From: a candidate division FCPU426 bacterium
GTDB lineage: Bacteria > Oederibacteriota > Muellerivitia > Muellerivitales > Muellerivitaceae
Length of the DNA stretch: 64,000 bases
Direction: 5' to 3'
NCBI GenBank assembly: GCA_963719085.1
Contig: CAVRAL010000001.1
Span: 1 to 64,000 of the forward strand
A program made the translations under genes and the position numbers. Position 1 is the stretch's first letter, and every line of letters starts with the position of its first letter. The notes beneath the pieces were generated by a model. That model ran no database searches and was not told where the DNA came from. It saw nothing but the letters and a program-made list of their open reading frames with translations. Below are positions 51,288 to 61,468 of this stretch, piece after piece.

Positions 51288-52088
51288 TTGCGCGCCTCCG
51301 CTTCTGTTTCGCCTTGGCTTCCCTGGCTAAAACCTTTTCTTCCGTCCATGGTCCTTTTGGGCGGAAACGCGGCTGAGCTTTATCACAGTTCGCTTTTGGG
51401 CCGTCCCATTCCCCCCTTGCTCATCAAAGACACTATTTTTGGAGTGGAAAAAGCCGGCAAAAAATCAGCCGCGCTTCATGAGCATTTAATTAAATTGGGA
51501 TTTCAAAAGAAAAACGAAAAAACAGAAGTTCCCGAGGCCTCGGTCCCTGTTTACCGCCGAGGGGATTTGGGGACCATCCGATTTGTTTTTCCCCAGAAAA
51601 AATCGGGACAGCCCGCCGCCTCCGCCGGATTGGCCGCGGCGCCTGAAAAAGGTTTAGAGATTCTTTTGGAAAATCCCCATTCGGTCGAGGTTAAATACCT
51701 GGACCAAAGTTACGATGTTTATATTCCCCAGATCGGGCGGTTTGTTTTAGCGAATGGTTTAAAGGTGAAAATTTTAAAAAAATCGGATCCGCGGGATATT
51801 TACCGGGCCGCCATGCATTTTATCCATATATTGGACTTGCTGGTGGAAAACGAGGACTTTGAGGAGGAGGCCCTGAATGATTTTTTGGAGATAAGGCCGC
51901 CGGCGTTGCTCAGGGAATTCCGGGATAATTTAAAAGAAAACGGGCCGGGCTCCATCTTGTGGGAATCGGCGCAGAAGCTTTACCTTAATCTTTATCCGAA
52001 CGTAAAAGCGGTTAAACTAACGTCGTGGCACTGGAAGTTTCAAAAAAAAATATCCAAAACTATTTTGGACTCTAAAACAACGGATTAA
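51288..52088 (+). CDS. Hypothetical protein, possibly a degenerate nucleotidyltransferase fold
   Basis: VLLGG.A..LY..IKDTIFGV and LEILLENP..VYIP..F patterns; start uncertain. Confidence 0.55.
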   Translation: MRASASVSPWLPWLKPFLPSMVLLGGNAAELYHSSLLGRPIPPLLIKDTIFGVEKAGKKSAALHEHLIKLGFQKKNEKTEVPEASVPVYRRGDLGTIRFVFPQKKSGQPAASAGLAAAPEKGLEILLENPHSVEVKYLDQSYDVYIPQIGRFVLANGLKVKILKKSDPRDIYRAAMHFIHILDLLVENEDFEEEALNDFLEIRPPALLREFRDNLKENGPGSILWESAQKLYLNLYPNVKAVKLTSWHWKFQKKISKTILDSKTTD

Positions 52089-52093
52089 ATCGA

Positions 52094-52843
52094 ATGAAAA
52101 AAATCTCTCAAAAAAAACGCCGCCTCAACCCCGCCGCGTTTGTCACGGGCGGCGCCAGTACCTTGGGACGAGTCATCAGTTTGTCCTTAGCCCATGCGGG
52201 CTATGATCTCATTCTTCATTACGGTCGATCCCTGGACCTGACCCGAAAGCTACAGGCGGAACTGAAGTCGATGGGGTGTGAATCCACAGCGGTTCAAGCC
52301 GATTTGGGGCGTCCGGGAAGCCTGGCCAAGGCGGTTGTAAAAGCTCCCGGTTATTTAAAGCGGCTGAAGCTTCTGGTCCATAACGCCTCAATATTTGATA
52401 AGACGTCGTCGGAGGTTTTTGACGAAAAAGATTGGAAAAGAATTCTCGGAATTAATTTGTTGTCTCCCTACGCGTTGAGCTGCGCACTTCATCCGTTCCT
52501 CAAAAAAAACAGCGGCAATATTGTCCATATCGCCGATATCTATGGGGAGCATCCGGCCTTGAAAGGGCATTCGGCTTATTGTGTTTCCAAAGGCGGGTTG
52601 ATCACGCTGACGAAATTTTTGGCCGGGGAATGGGGTCCGCGGATCCGGGTCAACGCCGTTTCGCCGGGAGTCATCTCTTTTCCCGAAAACTATAGCGCCA
52701 GTAAAAAGAAGCATCTGGCCCAAAAATCGGCTTTGAAGAGGGGCGGGAAACCCGAAGATATCGCAGAAGCGGTTTTATTTTTATCCCAAAGCGCTTTCAT
52801 TACGGGTCAGGTTTTGAATGTGGATGGCGGACGGTTTCTCTAA
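52094..52843 (+). CDS. SDR oxidoreductase, pteridine reductase/FolM-like
   Basis: VTGGASTLG, LHYGRS, HNASIF, YCVSK, RVNAVSPG, TGQVLNVDGG. Confidence 0.85.
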   Translation: MKKISQKKRRLNPAAFVTGGASTLGRVISLSLAHAGYDLILHYGRSLDLTRKLQAELKSMGCESTAVQADLGRPGSLAKAVVKAPGYLKRLKLLVHNASIFDKTSSEVFDEKDWKRILGINLLSPYALSCALHPFLKKNSGNIVHIADIYGEHPALKGHSAYCVSKGGLITLTKFLAGEWGPRIRVNAVSPGVISFPENYSASKKKHLAQKSALKRGGKPEDIAEAVLFLSQSAFITGQVLNVDGGRFL

Positions 52844-52863
52844 GAGGGAAAGGCCATCCCGCT

Positions 52864-53757
52864 TTAGCCTATCCAATCACCCAGGGGAAAAGCCGGCAAA
52901 CTCTCCATCGGCAACATCCTTATCTTTTGATTCGGATCATTAAATCGCGCGGCCATCTCCAAATAACTGAGATTTAATTTCGGGTGTTTTAGGCTGGGGA
53001 AAATCTCGGTGAGGGGAAAGAGCACGAATGCTTTTTGGGCGATGTCCGGGTGCGGGATCGAAAATTTTGAGTTTGTCACCAAGGACTCGTTCCAGAGGAT
53101 GAGGTCCACATCTAAAGTTCGAGGGCCATTGGGGTCTCCTTTTCGGACTCGCCCCCCCTTTTTTTCCAGTCTCGTCAGCCATTTTTTGATTTTGGCGGGC
53201 GAATCATCCGTTTCGACCGCCGCGACCATATTCCAAAACGCCGGTTGCTTCTTCAAATTGACGGGAGAAGTTTCGTAAACATGGGAAACTTTTACCAAAC
53301 CGTATTTTTTATCAATCTCGTTCAAAGCATAAGCCAAATGCGGGGCGGGGTGAATATTGGAGCCTAGGCTGAAAACTACCCAACTGTCCTGAGGAGGCCG
53401 GGCTCCGCGTTGGATGTTGACGCCGACGGTTTGAGAGCCGCGGATCGCGCCGGGTTTATGAACCGAAAGGGATAAATCGCGCAAATGAAATTGTGTGAGT
53501 AAAAGCGCGGCCAAGCGCTCCGCCAGGGTCTCCACCAGCTGAAAACGGCTATTTTCAACATATTGAATCGTGGCTTTGGCTATTTTTTTGTAATCGATGG
53601 TGTCCTTGATTTTGTCCTGACGCGACGCTTTCCGGATATTGCAAGAAAATTTCAGGTCAATCAACACGTCCTGTTTTCGCCGGCGTTCCCAGTCAAAGAT
53701 GCCGATGATGCATTTAATTTTCAGGCCGGTGAGGGTGATATAATCCTTCGAAGCCAA
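52864..53757 (-). CDS. folK: Fused dihydroneopterin aldolase (FolB) and HPPK (FolK)
   Basis: IGIFDWER..IDY..FQLVETLAE..KP, then FSLGSN..YET..GPRTLDVD..IPHP; TTG 53757 with GGAG RBS. Confidence 0.92.
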   Translation of the reverse strand: MASKDYITLTGLKIKCIIGIFDWERRRKQDVLIDLKFSCNIRKASRQDKIKDTIDYKKIAKATIQYVENSRFQLVETLAERLAALLLTQFHLRDLSLSVHKPGAIRGSQTVGVNIQRGARPPQDSWVVFSLGSNIHPAPHLAYALNEIDKKYGLVKVSHVYETSPVNLKKQPAFWNMVAAVETDDSPAKIKKWLTRLEKKGGRVRKGDPNGPRTLDVDLILWNESLVTNSKFSIPHPDIAQKAFVLFPLTEIFPSLKHPKLNLSYLEMAARFNDPNQKIRMLPMESLPAFPLGDWIG

Positions 53758-53841
53758 GTTGGTTCTCCGCGAGTTGAGTTGGTACAGCTGGGAAATCAAA
53801 AACCTCGAGACCGCCCCATTTCAACAGAAACCCGAGTTCAA

Positions 53842-56211
53842 TTGAAGGATGTTTTTAAAGGAGGGAAGGGTTTTAAGCGTTGGGGGTCCTCGCGATCAAG
53901 GACCTTCATCAACGGCCACCTAGCGGCTTGTTTTTTTCTTATTTTCCTCAATATCGTTATGTTTGCGGACTTGTTTTGGACGGGCGGATCCCAAGTGATT
54001 TCCAGCCCCTTGGGCGACATCGCCCAACATTTTTTAGCCTGGCGTCAATTTTACGCGGATCAATTAAGGGCGGGAATCATTCCGCTTTGGACTCCCGCAT
54101 ATTTGTGCGGGGTTCCCTTTATGGGCGGTTTTGAATCCGCTGTTTTTTATCCTTTTAATTTGTTGTTCCTGGTTTTTTCCCTTCCTACCGCCGTTAATCT
54201 TGAGGTCTTTTTACATGCGCTGATGGCCGGGCTTTTCAGCTACGGGTGGGCGGCTTCACGTGGTTGGAGGCCTTTGGCTTGTTTATTGACGGCTTGCGGC
54301 GTCACTTTCGGCGGCCCCTTTTTTTTACAAGTCTATGCCGGGCATCTTTCCAACTTGTGCGCCATGGCTTGGATTCCACTGATTTTTTGGGCCTTGGAAG
54401 AATTGGCAAAGAAAATCTCAATCCGCTGGTGCGGCTGGGCGACTTTCGCTGTTTGCCTGCAAGGCCTGGCGGGGCATCCTCAATATTTTTATTACACGGC
54501 CTTGATGATTTTTGTTTATGGATTGATTTTGAGTTTAAAGACCTCCGAGTTATTTAAAAAAATGTGGATTCTGGGATTGGTTTATGGCGCCGGATTGTGT
54601 CTTTCGGCGCCCCAATGGCTGACGGGACTGGAGGCGGTCGGGGAATCCGCGCGAGGGAATTTAAACGATTTCAAAACATCCGGATTATTTTCACTTCCGC
54701 CGGAAAATTTCATCACCTTATTTATGCCGGATTTTTTGGGGCCCGTGGGAAGCAATCAATATTGGGGACGCTGGTATTTGTGGGATGTCTCGCTTTTCAC
54801 GGGGTCGATTCTGTTATTTTTGTGCTTTTACGCATTGACCAAAAATCGAATGAAAAACTTAGGCGAGATTTTTATGATCGGAATCGCTTTTTTAATGGCG
54901 TGGGGACAATCGACCCCGCTTTTTCGAGTTTTGTTCGATGCGCTTCCGGGTTTCAAAAGCTTTCGGGGCACCTGCAAGTTCGATATTTTTATCACGCTTT
55001 TCATCGCGCTTTTGGCCGGTTCGGGGCTGGACCGCCTTCTGACGAAAAAACGCTTGGAAGCCGGGGTGTGGAAGGGATTGCTCGCGGCCGCGTTTCTATC
55101 GGCGGGACTGGGTTGGGTCATTCAAGGGTCCGCCCAAAAGGGATTGGCGGGCGCGTGGGGAACTTGGCTCCTGTCGGTGCATTGGTTGAAAGCGGAATTG
55201 GCGCCGCTGGATCAACAAACCTTAAGTGATTTCGCGCAGAAAGCCGGCCTTCAATCGGCTCAAAGCCTTTTCCTTTTTTCGATAATGATTTTGATCATGG
55301 CGGGGTGCGCCTGGTGGAGCCGGTTCAATCCCAAAGGGGTGTTGGCGCTTGGGTTGATCGCGATTTTGGAACTGTTTTTATTCGCCCATTCCCATCGTCC
55401 CACTTTTGAGTGGGGATCCTTAAGCGCGAAATTCGAGACGATTAAAAATTTTTATCAATCCCATCCGGGGGATTACCGGGTCATGGGGACCGGAAGCGAC
55501 TCGGTTTTGGAAGGGGGGGTGGATATTTGGGAGGGACAGCCGCTCATTCTTTCCCGTTATGGGCGCTTTGTGGCTAAAAGCCAGGGATTTCCCGAGGCGG
55601 AGTTGTTTCGCACCTCGCCGATTTTCAGACGCTTTGACCCGGTTTATTCCATCGTTCGGCTTCGGTATCTCTTGAGCGATGAGAGCGGGAACCGGGTTCA
55701 GGCGCTTGAGCTTCCTTTTAAGCCTTTCCCCCAGGTTAAAATTTATCACCAAGCCGCCATCGCCTCCTCGGCGGAGGAGGCACTTTCTTTTTTATTAACC
55801 CCCGGATTTGACATTAAAAATCGCATCATCTTGGAGCAAAAGCCTTCCTTTGTCCCTCGGCCAGCCATGGCGCCGGAACAGGCGGTCGGGTCAGATCTTT
55901 CAGTTAATCAAATGGGGATTCAAGCCCATCTCTCCTCACCGGGTTTTTTGCTCATTACGGATAATTATGGACTGGGCTGGAAAGTGCGATCGGCCGGGGG
56001 AGACTTTTGGCCGGGAGTGCGGGTGGAACCAGCGGACGGATTTTTAAGGGCGATTCCGCTGGAGGCCGGGGTTTACGATCTGAGACTGGTTTACGCCCCG
56101 GATTCTTTTCGGGTGGGCCTGTGGATTTCACTGCTTTCGTGGATGTTTTATATTGCTATACTGACCTGCGTTTTTCGCCGCCCCCTATCGCCCGCACTTA
56201 AAAGGAAGTGA
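53842..56211 (+). CDS. YfhO-family membrane protein (GT-C-like)
   Basis: GD..F..GIIPLWTP..G.P..FYP, GHPQ, C-terminal DNY..GW..DGFLRAIPLEAG..Y.P; start uncertain. Confidence 0.8.
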   Translation: MKDVFKGGKGFKRWGSSRSRTFINGHLAACFFLIFLNIVMFADLFWTGGSQVISSPLGDIAQHFLAWRQFYADQLRAGIIPLWTPAYLCGVPFMGGFESAVFYPFNLLFLVFSLPTAVNLEVFLHALMAGLFSYGWAASRGWRPLACLLTACGVTFGGPFFLQVYAGHLSNLCAMAWIPLIFWALEELAKKISIRWCGWATFAVCLQGLAGHPQYFYYTALMIFVYGLILSLKTSELFKKMWILGLVYGAGLCLSAPQWLTGLEAVGESARGNLNDFKTSGLFSLPPENFITLFMPDFLGPVGSNQYWGRWYLWDVSLFTGSILLFLCFYALTKNRMKNLGEIFMIGIAFLMAWGQSTPLFRVLFDALPGFKSFRGTCKFDIFITLFIALLAGSGLDRLLTKKRLEAGVWKGLLAAAFLSAGLGWVIQGSAQKGLAGAWGTWLLSVHWLKAELAPLDQQTLSDFAQKAGLQSAQSLFLFSIMILIMAGCAWWSRFNPKGVLALGLIAILELFLFAHSHRPTFEWGSLSAKFETIKNFYQSHPGDYRVMGTGSDSVLEGGVDIWEGQPLILSRYGRFVAKSQGFPEAELFRTSPIFRRFDPVYSIVRLRYLLSDESGNRVQALELPFKPFPQVKIYHQAAIASSAEEALSFLLTPGFDIKNRIILEQKPSFVPRPAMAPEQAVGSDLSVNQMGIQAHLSSPGFLLITDNYGLGWKVRSAGGDFWPGVRVEPADGFLRAIPLEAGVYDLRLVYAPDSFRVGLWISLLSWMFYIAILTCVFRRPLSPALKRK

Positions 56212-56215
56212 AGCT

Positions 56216-57091
56216 TTGAAGATCATTGAACTTTTCAAGCGCCCGGAAAAATTGTTTTCATTCGAGCTTTTTCCGCCCAAACGGGATGGAAATTTGGAGG
56301 CGCTTTTTGAGACCGTTGAGGTTCTTAAAAAAATGAATCCGGGTTATATCTCGATTACCTATGGAGCGGGCGGTTCCACCCGGGATATGACTTATGACAT
56401 CGCTTTGCGTTTGAAAAATCTCGACATCACTCCCTTGGTTCATTTCACCTGCGTGGGTCATTCGCAAAACGAGATCCGCGAGCTACTCATCCGGCTGAAG
56501 GCCGCCGGCATCGAGAATTTATTGGCGCTGCGGGGGGATCCCCCGAAGGGCCAGTCCGCTTTTATCCCGGCCCCGGATGGGTTTCGGCACGCCAATGAGC
56601 TGGTTTCTTATATCCGAAAAGAGGGATTCGATTTTTGTTTGGGGGTGGCCGGTTATCCGGAGGTTCATCCGGAGGCTCCCAGCGCCGACGCGGATCTGAA
56701 TAATTTAAAAAAGAAGGTCGACGCGGGCGGTCAATTTATCGTGACCCAGCTTTTTTTCGACAATCGCGATTACTTTTCCTATGTTGAAAAATTAAAGGCC
56801 ATGGGCGTGAGGGTCCCGGTTCAACCGGGCATTTGGCTTTTGACCGATTACGCCCAGATTGAAAGGTTCCAGTCTTTGTCCGGGGCCAAGATCCCCCCGG
56901 CCTTGGCTGAACAAGTCGAGCGGGTCAAAGAAGATAAGGCCGCGGTTACCGCCATTGGCATCGATTACGCCACCCGCCAATGCGCCGAGCTTTTGAGCCA
57001 AGGCGCGCCCGGAATTCACTTTTATGTGATGAATAAAAGTCATTCCGTCGGTTTGGTGCTTGGGAACTTAAGCGCCCTCGGTTTACGGTAA
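56216..57091 (+). CDS. metF: Methylenetetrahydrofolate reductase
   Basis: SFELFPPK, ITYGAGGSTR, LALRGDPP, AGYPEVH, TQLFFDN, IHFY. Confidence 0.95.
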   Translation: MKIIELFKRPEKLFSFELFPPKRDGNLEALFETVEVLKKMNPGYISITYGAGGSTRDMTYDIALRLKNLDITPLVHFTCVGHSQNEIRELLIRLKAAGIENLLALRGDPPKGQSAFIPAPDGFRHANELVSYIRKEGFDFCLGVAGYPEVHPEAPSADADLNNLKKKVDAGGQFIVTQLFFDNRDYFSYVEKLKAMGVRVPVQPGIWLLTDYAQIERFQSLSGAKIPPALAEQVERVKEDKAAVTAIGIDYATRQCAELLSQGAPGIHFYVMNKSHSVGLVLGNLSALGLR

Positions 57092-57191
57092 GCGTTTCCT
57101 CGAATCCGAACCCCCACTTCAAGGTTGTGGCGCCCCGCTGAACCCGATATACTTTCGTAACGCCTTATTTCCCTTAATTCCGGAGTGATTC

Positions 57192-57635
57192 ATGTCAGAC
57201 GCCGCTTCCATTTTTAATCGGCTTCGAAGTGTGCTCCAGAATACTTATTTTTTCCAAGCCCTGAAATTAAACGAGTTGGATGAGTTGATCGGCCATTTAC
57301 GGATGGTCCGGGTCCAAAAGGGTTATGAAATCGTGAAGCAGGGCGATCCGGGCGACGCTTTTTACCTGATCGCGGCCGGCAAGGTTTCAGTTTGGATGAA
57401 AAAAGGTTTTGGGAAATCGAAGGTGGCGGATTTGGGGCCGGACGAGTTTTTCGGCGAAATGGCTTTGCTGTCTAACGAGCCCCGGAACGCGACGGTGGTG
57501 GCCGAGGAAGTAGCGGAGCTTTTTATTCTGCAAAAGTATGATTTTGAAAAGATTTTAATGAAAAATCCGGTCATTGTGGATCAGTTAAAAAAATCTTTTG
57601 ATGAACGCCAAGAAAAAAATAAATTCGGGGTTTGA
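57192..57635 (+). CDS. Standalone cyclic-nucleotide-binding domain protein
   Basis: QGDPGDAFYLI..G.V, FFGEMALL..PRNATV phosphate-binding cassette. Confidence 0.9.
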   Translation: MSDAASIFNRLRSVLQNTYFFQALKLNELDELIGHLRMVRVQKGYEIVKQGDPGDAFYLIAAGKVSVWMKKGFGKSKVADLGPDEFFGEMALLSNEPRNATVVAEEVAELFILQKYDFEKILMKNPVIVDQLKKSFDERQEKNKFGV

Positions 57636-57645
57636 TGAAAGTGAA

Positions 57646-57674
57646 TTGACAAGCCCTCCAAAGATTGGCATATT
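57646..57674 (+). promoter_or_regulatory. Sigma70-type promoter for tRNA-tilS
   Basis: TTGACA-N17-CATATT. Confidence 0.55.
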
Positions 57675-57698
57675 CACACCTCCGTTTTTAATCCAATC

Positions 57699-57775
57699 GG
57701 CGGGGTAGCTCAGCTGGCTAGAGCAACGGTTTCATAATCCGTAGGTCGAGAGTTCGAGTCTCTCCCCCGCTACCA
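57699..57775 (+). tRNA. tRNA with CAT anticodon, most likely elongator tRNA-Met
   Basis: GGCGGGG/CCCCGCT acceptor stem (G2-C71, C3-G70), TTCATAA loop, TTCGA, CCA. Confidence 0.9.
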
Positions 57776-57806
57776 TTTTCCCCTTTTTAGACCCCAAGGA
57801 TTCCGG

Positions 57807-58832
57807 ATGAAAGCCTCCCAGAAGCTGAATCCCATTTTGGTTTTACCCCCGGCGCCTTTTTCAAAAAAGTCCCGTCTTCTCGTCGGTCTTTCGGGCGGGA
57901 GCGACTCCACCGCTCTTTTATCCCTTCTTTTAAAACAAACGGCGTCCCAAGGCGCGGTGATTGAGGCGGCCCATGTGAATTATCATTTGAGGGGCCGGGA
58001 GTCCTTGCGGGATGAGGTTTTTGTGAAGGACTTATGTGAAAAGTTAAAGGTGCGATTGAGTCTTTTGCGTTTGAAAAACGCCCGGCTTGAGGCTCGGCGC
58101 CAAAAAAAATCCCTTCAAGATTGGGCCCGGGACCGCCGATACGTTTTTTTTGCCCAATTGTGCCGCGAACGCCGGGCTTGGGGAGCGGTCGTGGCCCATC
58201 AGGCCGACGACCAGGCCGAGACCGTGATGGACCGGCTTTTGCGCGGGGCCGGCTCCCGGGGGCTCACGGGTCTGAGGGCGGTTCAAGAACTGCGGTTTTC
58301 AAAACCCAAAGCCCGGATTAATATCTGGCGCCCCCTTCTTTATTTTTCCCGGGAAGAATTAAAAAATTATCTAAGCGGCCAGGGCCTTTCTTGGCGGGAG
58401 GATTCGAGCAATCAGAAAACCGACTACCGGCGAAACCAAATCCGGCATCAGGTTCTTCCTTTTCTGGCCCGGTGGAATCCACAAATTTCCAAAAGCCTTT
58501 CCAAGATCGGGGAAGTGACGGCGGCCCAGGACCTTTTTCTGGCCCAGTCGCTTGAAAAGCTTAGCCGGCGGATGAAGTTTCGTTTCATCCGTTCCGCCGG
58601 CTATCGGGGATTAAAATCGGAGTTTGTTCGGATGCCCTTAGCCCTTCAAAGGCTCTGGGTCCGGGAAGTGGCCGAAAGACTATCTCCCGGCGCCCGGGGA
58701 CTCTCCTTTGATCGTTTGGAGGATGTTTTACGCGTTTGGAAGGGCCTTAAAAAGGGGCCTTGCGATTTGGGGCAGGGTCTTTTAGCGGATTGCCGGGATG
58801 GAAGCGTTTTTATGACATCGGGGAGTTTTTGA
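57807..58832 (+). CDS. tilS: tRNA(Ile)-lysidine synthetase
   Basis: SGGSDS PP-loop, HVNYHLR, AHQADDQAET, RPLL, EDSSN, RNQIR. Confidence 0.93.
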   Translation: MKASQKLNPILVLPPAPFSKKSRLLVGLSGGSDSTALLSLLLKQTASQGAVIEAAHVNYHLRGRESLRDEVFVKDLCEKLKVRLSLLRLKNARLEARRQKKSLQDWARDRRYVFFAQLCRERRAWGAVVAHQADDQAETVMDRLLRGAGSRGLTGLRAVQELRFSKPKARINIWRPLLYFSREELKNYLSGQGLSWREDSSNQKTDYRRNQIRHQVLPFLARWNPQISKSLSKIGEVTAAQDLFLAQSLEKLSRRMKFRFIRSAGYRGLKSEFVRMPLALQRLWVREVAERLSPGARGLSFDRLEDVLRVWKGLKKGPCDLGQGLLADCRDGSVFMTSGSF

Positions 58833-58979
58833 CCCCCGAAGGGTATTTACCTGGCTTGTTATTGATGATTCCTTATATTTTTTTTGGATTCTTTATGGAA
58901 TTTCAGCCAATTCAGGGTTGAAATATCGACCCTTCGGACGGATATTCATTGAGCAGCTTATCGCGAGAGGAGTTTTCCC

Positions 58980-60917
58980 TTGAACCAGTTTTTCAAAAAC
59001 TCGGCCGGATTGCTTTTGATCGTCATCCTTGTCCTTTATTTTTGCCAACAGATTCAGGCCCCCAGCAAAAAAAGCGAAAAATGGGACTATTCCAAGTTTG
59101 TCACCCAAGTTGAGGCGGGGTTGGTTCAAAAAGTCCAGACTCAACCGGATGAGCGGATGATCACGGGAACCGGTAAGGATGGAAATGATTTTTCCGTGAT
59201 TGATCCGGGGGACCCCAATTTAGTGAAGATGCTCTTGGACAAAAACGTTGTCTTGGACTCCCAACTCCCCAAACAAAATAATTGGTTCCAAATTTTGGTG
59301 AGCTTTGGCCCCATCGTGCTGCTCCTGGGCTGGTTCTTTTTCATGATGCGCCAAAGCCAGGGCGGCGGCGGGGGGGCGTTGGCCTTCGGAAAAAGCCGGG
59401 CGCGGCTTATGGCGACGGGTCAGCAAAAAGTGACCTTTCAGGATGTGGCCGGCGTGGAAGAGGCTAAGACCGAATTAATGGAAGTCGTTGATTTCCTCAA
59501 AGACCCCAAGAAATACCAATCCCTCGGCGGAAAAATTCCGAAGGGCGTTATTTTACTGGGCCCTCCGGGCACAGGCAAAACCCTTTTGGCTAAGGCCGTG
59601 GCGGGGGAGGCGGGAGTTCCTTTCTTCTCAATCTCGGGCTCCGATTTCGTGGAAATGTTCGTGGGGGTCGGCGCGGCCCGGGTCCGGGATTTATTTGAGC
59701 AAGGAAAGAAACACGCGCCTTGCATCATCTTTATTGATGAGATCGACGCGGTGGGCCGCCAGCGCGGCGCGGGACTCGGCGGGGGCCACGATGAACGGGA
59801 ACAAACCTTGAACGCCCTGCTGGTGGAGATGGACGGATTTAACACAAACTCGGGCGTTATTTTGATCGCCGCCACCAACCGTTTGGACGTTTTAGATCCC
59901 GCCTTGCTTCGCCCGGGCCGTTTTGACCGCCAAGTGGTGGTGGACCGCCCCGATCTCGGTGGACGGGAAGCCATTCTCAAGGTCCATTCCAAGGTCGTTA
60001 AGCTGGCGGACCAAGTGGACCTGTCCATCATCGCCCGCCGCACGCCCGGATTTTCAGGAGCAGACCTGGCCAATCTCATCAACGAAGCGGCGCTTTTGGC
60101 CGCCCGGCGAAATAAAAAAGTGGTCGAGATCGCCGAATTGGAAGAAGCCATTGACCGCGTCATGGCGGGCCCCGAACGCCGCACCCGGGTTATTTCAGAA
60201 GAAGAGAAGAAAATCGTGGCCTATCACGAATCCGGCCATACGATCGTGGGCAAAATGATCGACAAGTCCCACACGGTCCATAAGGTCTCCATTATTCCTC
60301 GGGGGCACGCGGCTTTGGGCGCCACTTGGTACCTGCCGAACGAGGAAAAATTCTTATCGTCCAAGACCGAGCTTTTGAACCAAATCACCTCGCTTTTGGG
60401 CGGGCGCACGGCGGAAGAACTCATTTTCGGCGACGTCACCACGGGCGCGGGCAACGATTTGGAGCGGGCCACGGCCATCGCCCGGGCCATGATCTGCCAG
60501 TATGGAATGAGCGAAAAACTGGGCGCTTTGACCTTGGGCGGCAAGGATGACGCGGTTTTCATTGGCCGGGATTTAATGAAAGAAAAGAATTATTCCGAAA
60601 GCACGGCTCAAATGATCGACACCGAAACCAAACGCATGGTGGAAGATTGCCACAAGCGGGCGGCCGTCATTTTGAAAAAGAACAAAAAGTTTTTAAAAAC
60701 CATGGCGGAAGCCCTTTTGGAAAGGGAAGTATTGGACAGCTCCGAGGTGGATGATATTTTGGCGGGCCGAAAAATAACCGCTAAAACGCCTCCGGCCGCG
60801 ACTCCAAGCAATCCGCCCGCGCCGCCTTCGGCCGCGCCGGCTTCCACCCCGGATATTGTGCTCAAACCCTCCCCCGCGCCTTCGCAGGCCATCCAGGGCG
60901 GAGGCCCGATTGGATAA
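58980..60917 (+). CDS. ftsH: ATP-dependent zinc metalloprotease FtsH
   Basis: Two TMs, [27 protein letters not shown]. Confidence 0.97.
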   Translation: MNQFFKNSAGLLLIVILVLYFCQQIQAPSKKSEKWDYSKFVTQVEAGLVQKVQTQPDERMITGTGKDGNDFSVIDPGDPNLVKMLLDKNVVLDSQLPKQNNWFQILVSFGPIVLLLGWFFFMMRQSQGGGGGALAFGKSRARLMATGQQKVTFQDVAGVEEAKTELMEVVDFLKDPKKYQSLGGKIPKGVILLGPPGTGKTLLAKAVAGEAGVPFFSISGSDFVEMFVGVGAARVRDLFEQGKKHAPCIIFIDEIDAVGRQRGAGLGGGHDEREQTLNALLVEMDGFNTNSGVILIAATNRLDVLDPALLRPGRFDRQVVVDRPDLGGREAILKVHSKVVKLADQVDLSIIARRTPGFSGADLANLINEAALLAARRNKKVVEIAELEEAIDRVMAGPERRTRVISEEEKKIVAYHESGHTIVGKMIDKSHTVHKVSIIPRGHAALGATWYLPNEEKFLSSKTELLNQITSLLGGRTAEELIFGDVTTGAGNDLERATAIARAMICQYGMSEKLGALTLGGKDDAVFIGRDLMKEKNYSESTAQMIDTETKRMVEDCHKRAAVILKKNKKFLKTMAEALLEREVLDSSEVDDILAGRKITAKTPPAATPSNPPAPPSAAPASTPDIVLKPSPAPSQAIQGGGPIG

Positions 60918-61467
60918 GAAACGCATCGAGCGGGCGGTTCGAGAGATTCTCTCGGCCATCGGCGAGAATCCCAACCGGGAGGGCCTGAAGGACACGCCTA
61001 AACGCGTGGCCAAGATGTACGAGGAAGTTTTCTCCGGGCTCAAGGTCGATCCCAAGAAACTCGTCACCATCTTCGAGACCGAAGGCCATGAGGAGATGGT
61101 AATCCTCCGGGACATTCCTTTTTATTCCATGTGCGAGCATCACTTGCTGCCTTTTTACGGCAAGGCCCATATCGCCTATATCCCGACCCGGGAAAGGCTT
61201 TCGGGGCTTTCCAAATTGGCCCGGGTGGTGGAAGCGGTTTCCCGCAGGCCCCAGTTGCAGGAGCGCATCACCACCCAGGTCGCCGATACCTTAATGAAAG
61301 TCTTGAAACCCTTCGGCGTATTGGTCATCGTGGAAGCCGAGCATTTGTGCATGACCATGCGGGGCGTGAAAAAGCCCGGTTCCAAAATGACCACGTCCGC
61401 GGTCCGGGGGGTCTTCCAAGACCGGGAAGCCACCCGCATGGAAGCGCTGCACCTGATCGGAAAATAA
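60910..61467 (+). CDS. folE: GTP cyclohydrolase I
   Basis: [39 protein letters not shown] 60910 with GGAGG RBS. Confidence 0.96.
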   Translation: MDKKRIERAVREILSAIGENPNREGLKDTPKRVAKMYEEVFSGLKVDPKKLVTIFETEGHEEMVILRDIPFYSMCEHHLLPFYGKAHIAYIPTRERLSGLSKLARVVEAVSRRPQLQERITTQVADTLMKVLKPFGVLVIVEAEHLCMTMRGVKKPGSKMTTSAVRGVFQDREATRMEALHLIGK

Positions 61468-61468
61468 C

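Noticed and set aside
53563..53841. N-terminal extension of the 882-aa YfhO-like ORF
   Set aside because: It overlaps the divergent folB-folK gene, so the true start is probably at or after 53842.
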